Position numbers and translations under genes: made by a program
The notes under the pieces: generated by a model
What the model was told of the DNA's origin: nothing
Databases searched by the model: none
The model's input: the letters and a program-made list of their open reading frames with translations, nothing else
Part shown: piece after piece, positions 12,338-25,200 of the stretch
Layout of the letters: each line of letters begins with the position of its first letter
How positions within the stretch are numbered: the stretch's first letter is position 1
Origin: Antedon mediterranea
Lineage: Eukaryota > Animalia > Echinodermata
NCBI RefSeq assembly: GCF_964355755.1
Contig: NC_092680.1
Coordinates: forward strand, 3,906,001-3,970,000
Length of the DNA: 64,000 bases
Direction: 5' to 3'

Positions 12338-15300
12338 GTTAGAATATTTTTGTGCAAATTATTTATACATTTTTATTTTTCTATTTTATCTCCACATTAA
12401 AAACCACAGAAGCAAAGCCAAACATGACTATCAAACTTGATGGTAGTACGCACTTCTACGAGGGATATGTAACAATGAAGTACAGTGACAGTACTGGTTA
12501 TGGCACTATTTGCAGCCGGGGGTTTACCAAGACTACTGCTGATTTAATTTGTAAAGAGTTGGGATTTACTAAAGGTGCCTTCAAATGGTACGTGAAGGGG
12601 AAACCATCATGGGTACCCTCAACTGGTATCATTATGATGAGCAACATTGATTGTGATAACAGTGCAACTAAATTGATTGACTGCAGATACAGTAAGCCCG
12701 GTAATTGCACTCATGCAGAGGATGTAGGCGTCGTTTGCATTCCAATAAAAGAGGGTAAGTTTCTGTGACGACGCTTAAGGTCGAAATTCGGAGGAACTAT
12801 CAGTAGCGCGATAAACATTAATGTATTAAGATCAAACAAAACTGAGCGATACTTGGAAACATAATAAAGATAGCAACACATGTAATTTTATCTGCCACTC
12901 CAGCACACATATAAATAAACCAAATCTAAACTTACGTAAATGGTTCTGAACTGATACAAACTACCAGATTAGCTTATAGCCTTCATAAAGGAAGGAGATA
13001 TTAATATGTCCTTTTATATTCCTGTTGCTTCGTATTATGCAGATTATAAGACAATGTTAAATGACGGCAAACCGGGAGGCTACGAAGGAAAAGTTGCAAT
13101 TGGAAATGCAGACGAAGTTGTTTACCTCTGCCCTGATGACTGGACTAGGTACGAGTCCTCTGTAGTTTGCAGTGAACTGCAATTTGCCGATGTACTGTAC
13201 GAAGAAAAAAACCCTTGGCAGGACAAAGTAAACCTATCATTCCCTGAACTGATTATTACCTTTGACTGTTATGATATGCAGACTAGTCTGTTTGACTGTC
13301 GGCTAATATTAAAAAACAGCACAAATTGTCAGACGAAGAAAGGTGTACGCGTTGAATGCGTACGTCACCTTCCAGCATTTTTTAACGAGTCGGCAAACAC
13401 TACTGACATATTAGAGAATGTTGACGCTTTCTTGAAAGAAACAAGTTTAGCCGGAAACCTGACGTCGGGAAGCTTTGGTTACTTCGGTAATATAACGATT
13501 CATTACCTATTGCATGCCTTAAATAATGTATGAAAGGTAGTAGTAAAGTAGTGTGCTCAGGATACCAATGATGGGATGATTTTAAGACCACAATTCTTAC
13601 TTTGGTAACGTAACCCAATAGTTAAACAATTACTGAAGAGGAGTTCCCACAGGCATAATATACATTTGTTTTGTATTCGCAGATCAAGAGGTTCACATAT
13701 ATCCTCTATGAAGTCACGCTATACTGTTTTTAATTTTATTATATCATTCGTCTTTCGATCAACTTTATTCACAGTATTTGTCAATTTCGCTTAATAGACA
13801 GACCTTCAAACAATGCTGCTAGTGTATAGCACGGGGTCTCTACTTCTTTTAGGTCAAACGCAACAACATGAACAAATATAGACGTGTTTATAATTCTTTA
13901 AGATGACCATCAACAAACTAAAGTAATTTATACAAAATAATAAATCATATAAACTGATTTTTCAGTCGTGGATGCTCCAACAATGAATGATATGAAAACG
14001 CTAGAACTGCCGTTTGGTGATCCACTTCAATATGAATTTGAAGAGAATTTGGAAACACAAATATCCAGTAATGGTTAGTAGGTCTACGCAATTTTCGGCT
14101 TTGTTCTCACTTTGGAGGCAACGGAAATACCTAAACGCAACACAAGTGAGTTGGCCAAACATGACACGATGGATCATTCAAACAGCACTGTCGCTTGTGA
14201 TTAGTCGACTCACTTGCCCTGCGTTGCGTTTATGCGCAAAGACGTAAGTAGCAACGCAAGCAAGCAATCAACAGTTATGGATTATTCGAACTGGTTGGTT
14301 GTGATTGGTCAATTTTCCTGCGTTGACTTACTTTTTTCGAGCGTCCTAGTGAAAACCAAGCTTAAATGGAGACCAAGCTTTATAATCACCTTTCATCATC
14401 TTCATAATCATCTAGAATAACATTATCATAAACATAAATCGTCAACAACGCATCATGTTGTCGACGTCGTCATAATCATTATTGTCATCATTATCAAATT
14501 GAAAACAATCATCGTAAACATTTTACGATTGCAAAGCCTAGTCTTTTTACATTGGCAAATTTTCTCGACTGACTTTGTCATGAAAATGTTTCCAAAAGTT
14601 GCTGTAGTGTAGGCAAGTTGACAAACTTCGCAGAACTACAGAAAGCAAGTTTGCAGAAGTCTACACTAGCAACGAATTAGCAAAAAATCTCGAGCAAACC
14701 CCGATTCTCAACCTGTAATTTTAACCAGTTGACTAATAGTAGGTCTAATTCGTTGACGATTGTAACTCGTAACGTAATGGCGAACGGTTTACGATTATAA
14801 CCCATAACGTTACCGTTTACGGATGTTTGTTGTTGTTTTTTCAGAAGCAATCCAGTCCACTTCGTCCTACCTATTGTCGCTTGAACTTGCTAAATTAAAC
14901 TCTTCGGATCAGGTACCCGTTGCTGAAACTAGCGATAGGTAATATTTAATATTATGATAAACTAAAAATAAATATTTATATTTGGGTGTTTTATAGTATT
15001 CATATTATGGTACCGTATTAGCATTTTTAGCCATTCTTTCAAATAGACTAGAAGTTTTTTTTACAAGTTCAATCAGCCTTCATTTTGATTTCAAGTAGAT
15101 TCCAGCTCCAATATTACATATGACACGCCATGTTTACCAAAATCTGTTTTACGAGGCATTATAGGTTGTCCATGGCATAACAAGAAAAGTATACTATGTG
15201 AATTATAAATAGAAGTAGGTAACGTTGGTAATGTCTCAAAGTTTCGATTTTTGCCAACTATACAAATAACTTTACAATATATTTTTTCTTTAAAATTTAC

Positions 15301-18300
15301 AGTATAAATGTATATGCGTATCCAATTTCACCAATATTTGGCTTGGACCTTTTCACATCAGGCGGAAACAAAACATCAACAAAAACGAGTTTTATTTTTC
15401 CTAAAACTATTGTGAGTAATCACGGTCGAATTTATACTAATAATTATAACAGAGGCAATAGAGGCATCCCCTATAATAGATAGCGAGTACTGTAAATAGA
15501 TAGTGATCATGTTAGTTGACTATGCATTATGTAACTGTAGGAAGATAGCTTACCTATTTTCTAAATTAACTTAACCTCTAAATATATCTCTTAAAATAAA
15601 AGAAAAATAATATTTATTTTCTATTAAAACAAAATCCGAAGAGCTTCGAACCACCAGAGCTAGAGCTAAGAGTACTCAACGAGCATTACCTGTTATGCCA
15701 CAAAGATACTAGTACGTGACTGAATAGTTGGCAATAGTCTATACTTATACGTGCTTTATATTACGTCATTCTAGTCGTTACGTCATAAATATGCATTAGC
15801 CATTGAAGCCGATTTTTAAGTACAGACAAACCCACCTAAAACTTGTAAATCGAATCTGGATAGTTGACATTTTAACAATACCATAATTATCGTAGATGAT
15901 TATTTTAATTGTTTTATGATGTAAAAATATCATCATCGGACAAAAATTGCCAAACTAAACTCAAACGCATGCGCACAATAAATTAACGTCACGTCACATA
16001 GGTCCTAAAAGTCGTCGTAAATTGAAAGCGGTTGATAACCGAACCGAATAAATTGTAACTAGCTACATGTTCTCCTTTTTACATAACATTGTTGGAACAC
16101 TCTTTCAACAACATAGTTTTTGGATGAAAGATATAAATTGATTTATTTTAGATACTGCCGTTTGAGGTGTCAGATAAATCGAAATTGGTCAGTGAGATAA
16201 TGTGCATGTACTTTGACTATTTAAAGAGGTAATAATATATGCATATTGTATATGATCATGATGGTAATCATCATCATCATCATTAGCATTATCAATATCG
16301 CTATATCGTTATTATTATCGTTATTGTTATCGCCGACGTCGTCATCATCATCGACAACATTGTAGACAACATGGAAAAGAACACGTAACGTTGAGTTTTT
16401 ATTTTCAAACTGCGTTCCAAGGCAGCATCTAAAGACAACAATATTTGGAAATTTGGGGCTAAGACAAACCCACCCTGCCCCTGACAGAAGAATGGCATAA
16501 CCAATCATGCCATATGGCTCTGATAGTTAGGTGGTACTATTAAAAACCAACATAGCCATCAATGCACAGAATGTACTAGGCATATTGTATTATGTATTTG
16601 TAGCTCATGGTCAACGGGAGGGATCGTCACTGCTATAGATGTAAACGGTTCAGTAACATGCAAGAGTGAACATACAACAAGCTTCTCAGTGATGATGCGA
16701 GTTACAGAGGTAGGTATTGGAATAGCAGGCGTATGCGTAATAGTGGTATGTTTACGTTATTCCGCCGGTAATACGTAATACCGGTACTGTATACGTATTA
16801 ATATAACATATATATACTTTAAGTAATACCGTATGCATACGTTACGTACCGGTATATATATGTTACGTAACACCGGTAATACATACGTTAAATAATACCG
16901 TATGCATATGTTACGTAATACCGGTATGCATACGTTACGTAACACCTGTAATGCATACAGGTTACTTAATACCGGTATTACATAATTGTGTTAACCATAA
17001 TGTATACGTAATACTGGCATATGATAAACGCAATGCTAGTTTTAACAGGGAATTTGACCCTTCTCTTGTATTAATAATGATCTGGATATTATGACTTAAA
17101 ATTAATTTAATTAACAAAAAATAATGTTCTACAGTAATAAACTTCGTAATAAATGTACCGTTGTAAATGTTTGAATTAATAATATATAATTACTCATCCA
17201 TTCTTTAAATGTTTTTACAAATGGAAACACTGCTTTAATCACAATTTTCTTTTTATAGATAAAGGATACGTTTTTTCAGCAAGTATTAAGCTTTATGTCA
17301 AGTGCATTACTTGCCGTGTCTATTGTGATGTCAATACCAACTTTTGTAGTTTTAATTTACATTAGGTAAGACTGGTACTCAATATTGTTTAGTTGTCAGT
17401 GATGGTCCTAATAATGCATAACAAGTTTTATTTGATAGACTAGAACACACTAGGAAACGTTACCCTTTTTTTGTGTTGCAAAATCGGAGTTTCCCCAAGT
17501 TTGCAAACTGAAGTTTGACTCCTGCACGCTTGTTTTCTGCTGTTTCCCGAAGCTTGTCAACTGGTCACCAGCAAACTTTTATCGGGAAAACTCAAAGTGC
17601 AAACAAAAAGAAAAACTTGCCGGTGTAGTAGAAATTTAACCATAATTCTGTTGGAAAAAGTTGTCGTTGTCTTTCAGAGAACTCAGATTTTCGACACGTT
17701 TCGTCATTGTTCGAAATACGATTTTGTGTGTTTGTATTCGAGACTGTTTGTTCATAGTGTCAAGCATGGTACCGGCAATAGACGTAAGTTAGACGTATCT
17801 TGAATGTGGTCTTACTCTGTGGTCGACCAATACTTCATGCTTGAGGTGATATTGTGTGTTCTTTTTCCTGAAAAGCGGACTCATGTGTATAACAAAGGAC
17901 ATTCGGAAGCAGGGAATAGAGTAGATTTTGTAGGATGGGATGGGGGGGGGGGGGGGGTGGGGGTTGTAGGATGGGGTGGGGAAGATTGGGGAAGGGTTAT
18001 ATGTTCTTAAATGCTATCGATGTTAATACTAAGCAGATTAGTACAATTTTGTCGTTTGTGTAAGTATATTTAAACTAGAAATAAATACATTAGTTTTGCT
18101 CTAATCATTTTAAAATTAGATTATGTGTATTGCAATCGGATCAATTCTTCACTACATGTCCATGTGTTCATTCATGTGGATGGTCATATGGTCAACTGAT
18201 ATTTGGCTAAAAATCACCTATCCTTATCGTAACCACGACGAAAATAAACGCATTTACCGTCCTCTGGCGTACCTTTCACCTGTACTCATAGTAGCAGTTG

Positions 18301-20766
18301 GTTTAGGAATATTCCAAGACGGTTATATAAGTAATGAGTAAGTTATCGCTTCCACAACATTTGTTTATCAGGTTAGTTAAACGTAGATAGATGCGGTATC
18401 ATGCCTTTGTAGTATCGCTTCTCTTTCAGTAACAGGCCTACCATAGCATATAACACTATTAACTTAACTCTAAATAATCTTTCGCTATTTCAAAAATACT
18501 ACTCTTGAGGTTTGAACATTGAGAATATATTAACAGATATATGTTATATTTCATGATCTAAATTATTTACATTGTTAATTTGACGTTGTATTTTTTAAAA
18601 TGTTATCGACTAGAATTGACTAGAATTCTAACTTTTCTTTTGATATAATTATTGAGTAACCAAAAAAAATGTGATTTGCCCATATATGGACATGATTATG
18701 TCATATCACAACCATATTTAAGCATATCGCTAACAAATTTGTGCACATCACACTTTTTTTTGTCAAACTAGTTTGATAGTGTAAACAGAGCTTTACTCTG
18801 TAAAGTTGAAATATTCGTTTTATTTTAGATGTTGGCTTGACATACAGAGTGGTTCTATTTACCTTTTCTTCATACCAGTCATCATTTGTATCATGGTTAG
18901 TATACGGTATATACCCATGGTATATCTTTCATATATTTTTAGACAGGCCTATTGATGAATTGCTTGAAACATTTAATTTGGGTTATAATCTCGACATAAT
19001 GCTTGTTTGCACGATAATGTCCACAATCTTCAAGTTTCCTCTGTCCTAATTGGAAATAGGTATCAACACACTATGTCTCCTGATTTTCAGAAAATTGTTG
19101 TTGACGTCACAAGACTCGAGTTATCTGTATCTTCAATATGGGAAAAAATAATTAAATAGCACGCCCTCTGTCGATCTTTCCCCTTGATTTATTATTTGGA
19201 AGGCCTATTCTTTACATTTGCTTTAATGTCTCTTTATTCTGTTTTTAGGTAATAGCCTTCGAATTAGTCTGTGTGGCATGGAAGACCTACAGAAAGTCAC
19301 AGGGAGCTATTCATCCTGCACATGTGCACACTAAACTGGATAATACACTGTGTGTTACTTAAAACCTTACCCGACATGTTTTATATTTGAAGATATGATT
19401 TGGTCTTTTCTTGTCATAATACTACTTTTCTTTGCGAGTTTTTTTCTAATGTGGTTCACAATTTATATCTTACTATGCATCATTTATGAGGATTTCATAC
19501 CAATCTCTTCTTCCAAAGAAAATTTGCAAACTCTAATCTTAAATATATAGAATACTTCTCCAACGACAATACATTTTTGAGTTATGGAGCATGGTGCATA
19601 GTGCAAACACAAGCAACAAGAATATTACATTATTCAACATACGTTGCATGAAACCATAAATAGATTTCCGTATATACTCAATGAAGGACTACTATTTTAT
19701 ATCATTTTGGTTAATCCCAGAGTTACCTTTTACTCTTACTCCTCGAATGAATTTCACCTATTGTCTTTTGCTAGGAACATAGCCAAGAAATTCCTACCGT
19801 TGTCCGTGGTTCTTGGCGTGACTTGGATCATCGGAGTATTAACCAGTATTCGAGGAACTTTAATATTTGACGTCATTTTCGTGTTGAGCAACAGCACACA
19901 GGGGGCCGTTATTTGTCTTACCCAGTGCCTTTTCAGCAAACAGGTTTGTATTTTTCTCTTCTTGTTCTCACGGAAAATTATTCATGAGCTTTAACAAAGT
20001 GGGCGGAGCTTACCGTGAAATTCCGTCGTCTTAACTTTTTGAGAACGATTATAGTTTCCATTTTTCCGTTTACAGAGAATGACTAAAAATAATGTACATA
20101 TAACCTTAAATATACAGTTCAATCAAATTACACTTAAATAATAAATAAATAATAATTGAAATTCTAATTTAATTGTTTAATGAAATAACATTTTTATTGT
20201 GTTATATTATTTTATTGTTTGGTAAAGTCTCTGTTGACGAGACGACCATGGCCAAGCAGATGATTCACATTTTTAGTTGCGTGGACGCGACTCAATAGTT
20301 CACTATGTCGGTCGGTCGGTCTGTCGGTCTGTCGGTCTGTCTGTCGGTCCGGTATCACTATGCGTTTTATCGCTTTTTTGTACTTTTTGAACTGTTTTGA
20401 TGTACAGAAAAGTTTTAAAGTACATTACTTTTTGAAAGTTCATTTTTTTCTGAGAGCACGCGACTTATGGCTGTTGGCCTTGTTAACACACAAGTTTGAT
20501 TCTGAATTCCCATTAAGCAATCTTTTCTGATCAAAGTTTCAGAATAATAATAAATAGAAACCGAACAAAAAGTAGTAGAAGGGCAACACTTTATAGCATA
20601 GTTTTTAAATTTAAAAATAATTTAAACTAAATCGATATGATTACGTAACAGTCTTGTTTGGTATACAGTACATTAAATTCGTGTTTCGTTTACTGAAAAT
20701 AATTATTATTTAAATTTTCTACAGGTTAGGAAGGCATTCAAAGAGCAGAAAAATCGCCGGAAATAA
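9614..20766 (+). CDS. Adhesion GPCR 1: signal peptide, 5 SRCR domains, compact GAIN, GPS, 7TM (~1051 aa, 18 exons)
   Basis: Signal exon 9614-9677 (MEMIFYFSILVLLTAFFQVTD). SRCR exons 10522-10839, 11248-11586, 11921-12268, 12410-12754, 13043-13486. GAIN exons 13966-14067, 14845-14938, 15303-15411, 16152-16228. GPS exon 16604-16709 (WSTGGI...CKSEHTTSFSVMM). 7TM exons 17259-17365, 17678-17783, 18120-18337 (LHY...FMWM), 18829-18895 (CWL), 19249-19349, 19775-19943 (LGVTW, NSTQG). Last exon 20725-20766 (VRKAFKEQKNRRK*). Phases join into one 3156-nt ORF. Confidence 0.9.
9963..10160. mobile_element. MITE family with TIR AAGCTTGGTTCCCACTAG (PIF/Harbinger-like or TA-target type)
   Basis: The same terminus and internal AACGCAA/TTGCGTT and CAATCACAAGCG motifs recur at 21399-21604 and ~40132-40321. 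Fragments lie at ~10315-10410, 14130-14363, 33980-34045 and 56134-56245. Confidence 0.7.
15634..15701 (-). other. tRNA-derived relic (possible SINE head)
   Basis: The - strand has an A-box-like TGGCATAACAGG and a B-box-like GGTTCGAAGC at tRNA-like spacing. No complete cloverleaf seen. Confidence 0.3.
16245..16360. repeat. Degenerate (ATC/ATT/GTC)n trinucleotide tract
   Basis: Directly visible; it explains the low-complexity - strand ORFs here. Confidence 0.8.
16735..17020. repeat. Degenerate minisatellite built on TTACGTAATACCGGTATGCATA
   Basis: About 8-10 imperfect copies in the intron after the GPS exon of gene 1. Confidence 0.75.
20270..20484 (+). mobile_element. Helentron-associated (DINE-1/HINE-like) element; inverted relic at ~42355-42450
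   Basis: T-run start, a repeated ACGCGACT motif, an internal (GTCG/GTCT)n microsatellite and a short 3' hairpin GGCTGTTGGCC followed by TTGTT. Confidence 0.55.
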
Positions 20767-21398
20767 ACTTGTATAGCCAGATTTCACAATACTGCACTTG
20801 TTGTTTATAGAAAGTGATTTTTTTTCCACTCGAAAATGTTTTTCACTAATCGCATGCTTGTGGCATTTTCAGTCCTTCCGTTCTAGTTTTCATATTCATA
20901 TAAAATTTTTCAAAACAAGTATATATGTATATAAATAAGGAGAGAGGTACATAGCAATACAGTAAGTCAGTTAGCAGACGTCACTTTGGTCGTAGTTAGT
21001 TACTTTTCTAGTGACAGCAATCACATATCGTTAATTTTATTAACTACTGTCATTGTATTCTACATTTCAAATGCGTGTCAAAGTTTGATTTTTAACGACC
21101 ATGTCCATTGTATAAAGCTTTTATTCAGCTAATATTAGGCGTTTTACATAAAAGATATATGGTCCCCATAAAAAAAAAATATTTTGTTAAATGTTTTTGT
21201 TGAATACCGTATGCCATTTATGCGAAATGGTCTATTGGAAGTATTTGTTTTTTTTAAATTAATTTTCATTTTCATGGTTTTGGGGAAAATACATCTTTAA
21301 CGCATTTTTTATGCGGGTAGCTCTGTGTTGCGTATACTATTTAAAATCATGTGAATCACATGGTTTTCGGCTGTCGCTCAGTGTGTGAATCAGCCTTA

Positions 21399-21604
21399 AA
21401 GCTTGGTTCCCACTAGAATGACAAGCGAAGTTATAGACAGTTAGGGACGCAAATGGACGTAACGCAATTCAAGTGAATTGACCAATCACAAGCGATGGCT
21501 TATTCGCTTGTGATTGCTAACTGTCTATAACTTCGCTTGTCATTGGTTAAAACGCTTGCGTTGCGTTTATGTCCTTGCGTTACGTTCTAGTGGGAACCAC
21601 GCTT
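21399..21604. mobile_element. Copy of the AAGCTTGGTTCCCACTAG MITE with both termini
   Basis: TA|AAGCTTGGTTCCCACTAGAA...TTCTAGTGGGAACCACGCTT|TA. Confidence 0.75.
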
Positions 21605-22283
21605 TAGATTGACACAACGCAACGATGTAGGCGCAACGCAAGAGAGTTGACCAATCATAAGTGACATTAGGATTATTGATCGCGTCGTGATTGGTTGTTA
21701 AAAGTGGACAATCTAAGTATCTTAGGTTCTCTTTGAAAAAAATGCACTGTGAAAAAGGCATGTTAAACAAATAATAAAGAACAACTCGCATGTTGATGTT
21801 AAAGTAGATATATTGATATTATTGTAATATATTTAATTGATGTATATCAGATGTCAATGTGTAATATTCAACGTTCCTTAGCTAAAGAATATTGTCGCTA
21901 TTATAATTATGGTTACCACAATAAACCTGGAATAAAGCATTATTATTATTATATTACATATGAACTTAAAATCAATATTTAGATTTACCAAATAATACGA
22001 ATTCTAGTTTAAATGTCATGAAAAGAAATGAGTAGTAAAAAACAGTAGTTTAAGATAAATCTGGAAAAAAGCACTATTAAATATCATTTAAAGTCAATAT
22101 TTGGATGTACACTACACCGATCAATACGGATTCTAGATTACATTAAATGTCACCAAAATAGAGGACTTTTGAAAGGAGAGACCGTGGTTTAGTTCTTAAT
22201 GAGCTACCGTAACTATGAGCAGATCTCGCAGTTCTTAAGTGGAAGTGTAGTGTATAACATACACAGATCTAGAGGCAATAAAC

Positions 22284-25200
22284 ATGTTACAAGTACAAGT
22301 ACTTCTCATCATGTTGATGGCTACTGTAACTTCTGGACATCTGTTATCAACAGATAGTAAGTTAACTAATTATTATTATTATTATTATTTAATCCTTGTT
22401 TTTTTTCTTATTTATAAACGAAAATTGCAACAATTGGTATAGAGTTCAGTTCATTTCGCTCGCAGGGGAGCTGATTTCCATAGGCCCTCTAATACAATTA
22501 AAAATACGAAAATTATAATCGCAAAAAAAGTACAAAACAAAAAGAAATAGACATGTAAAATAGACCATACAATTTGATAAAATATACACTAAATAACCAT
22601 TTATTTTAAGATTTTAAAAACAAAGAATTCGAAAGTTTGAAAAGAATAATTTCTTATTTGAATTACAAATTCATAATCACTGTTCACTGATTTACTGTTA
22701 GAGTACCTAGAAGTACTTGTAGAAATTTGTAAATTCAACTTTAAAAAGCTATTTTGTTTCTGTATGGTGATTATAATTTCTATATATTTATAGATAAGAC
22801 ACGACTATATAACAATGGAAACAACAATTCATACATGGGACGTCTACAAACTTCTGATGACACTGATTGGCTACCCGTATGTTTCACAAGTATTGACAAA
22901 CAATCAGCCAAAGTGGCTTGCAAAAGTTTTGGCTTTATTGACTTCGATAATTTTACAATAGTGCTCGGCGCTCAAACGGTCAATTGGACAGAAGTTTACA
23001 ATTGCACTGGTGCGGAAACTCGGCTCAGTGATTGCCAAACGATAATGCTATACAATGTGGAGTGTGCTGAGATTCAACTTATCTGTACAGCTATCGAATT
23101 AGGTAAAAAGTGCATGTGATGTAACTGATATTTCAATATTGTTTATAATGTCATAATGTGGAGAATTTGTCTTCAATCGAATACACAAAAATATAAGTTA
23201 CTATCATTATTATCAATAACACAAATTCCAAACGATTTCATAGAACGAAGCAGGTATGGTGGCACTAGTAACTTCGATAGTGTTGGTTTGAACTTGTCTG
23301 GTTGTAAAAAATAAACCACAGCAATATATTTGTTTCATTAGTTTAGACTCCTAACAACTCAATAGTATCTGTTATTTTACAATAATTATTTTTATAAGCT
23401 AATTCTCTCTGTAGATTCACAATATTTGCGAATTAACCCAGAAGATGAGCTACACAAAGGACGACTACAGTTGAAGTATAACAATGTGTGGGGGCCAGTT
23501 TTTAACAAAAACTGGGGGTTGAAAGATTCCAAAGTGGCCTGTCGTCAACTTGGATTCATTGGTGTAATTCATCATGAGCAACAACATGTAAAATCAGGTA
23601 CAGGAGTTACTCCTCCCAATGTTGATGATATCAAATGTCAAAGTTCAGAGGATTTTTTACATAAGTGTGAACATGGCGAATGGGGATTATCAGCAAGTAT
23701 GATCTCTACTGATGTCTTCTTAACATGTATGCCTATGTACAAATGTAAGTTTACTTATAAATTATTCATTTTTTTAAAATGCCTGTATTTTCAATTAATG
23801 TCATTTAGGCCTATAGAGGGAAATAATGAGTTGTGTATAGAATCATAATAAACCGCTGGGGCGCTAATTTCCTTTATGAATCATAAATGTTATACTTATA
23901 ATTGCAAACGCCAAGTTGAATTTACGAAAAGTGTTGCTAAATATCCACCTGGAAAATTAGAACATTGAAGAAGGAATACAAGGGAAATCAGTGTAAGAGG
24001 TCAAACTGTTGTAGCCCGGTGTCCGCATATTTGTTAGCTTAGCTACAACGGTGAAAACCGTAGCTCCTCCAGTTTTAAGCCAGTACAGTAGTAGGCCTAC
24101 AAATTTAAATAAAAAGTGTTCACCTGTGCATACACACTGTACATTGTACATACGATATGCTATGCGAGGCGTTGTAGACATGTATGTAGAAATTATACGA
24201 CTCTTTAATTATTTACAGCCGATAGTAATTTTGAGTTCCGTCTTATGGACAACCAAAGCCATGGCTTTCAAGGAAGGCTAGATATAAAGTACAGTACTGA
24301 TGAAAAATGGGGTAGCGTATGCAATGATGACGTCACCATTGAAACTGGACATTTCATCTGTACCAAGTTAGGCTTCTTTCAAGGGGCAGCAAACATTAGC
24401 AGAGACGCAGCATTTGGCGCTGGAATTGAAGACATTGTGCTTAGTAAATTGTTTTGTAGTGGCTCGGAACAAAATCTTATTGATTGTAAATATTCAAAAT
24501 ATGTTAGTAAGGCATGTGATCATACGAGTGACTTGTCAATTCAATGTGTTCCAATTACAGAAGGTAAGTTAACAATGTGTTTTTTAGTTTTTCTTGCTTG
24601 TGTTTTTATACGCCATGATGCCTACTTTTCGGGGAAACTGTAGGCACTAAGAAAATAGCAAAATAGTTAAAATTGAGAGATACATGTAGGCATATTTGAC
24701 GCGAAAATCAAGTTCATGTCTGTTATTTAATTATCGTAATGTTACTAAATTGTAACAAATAAACAAAATGATATTCTTGAATGGGATACGGTTCTATGAT
24801 ATCCAGCTAAATATTTCTTAAATTTTGTTCTCAGAGTCAAAACCACACATAACACTTAAACTAACTGGAGGTGTAACTACTTACGAAGGTTTGGTCCAAT
24901 TAAGCTACGTAGACAATTCTGGATTTGGAACAATCTGTGGCAAAGATTTCGACATTGGAACTGCTCACATTATTTGTAATGAACTCGGCTTCTACCAAGG
25001 AGCTTATTCATTTTCTTTGGGAGACACTGGTATGGACAGCATTATAATGCTTAATAAAATAAGATGTCAGGGAAGTGAATCTAGGCTCATTGACTGCATG
25101 TATGAGTTTGTTGACAATTGTACCCACGAACATGATGTTAGTGTCGTTTGCGTTCCAATTACCATGGGTAAAGTATTGCTTTAGTTTTTTTGGGTTGAAA

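Noticed and set aside
16221-16945. Low-complexity - strand ORFs
   Set aside because: Derived from microsatellite and minisatellite tracts in introns of gene 1.
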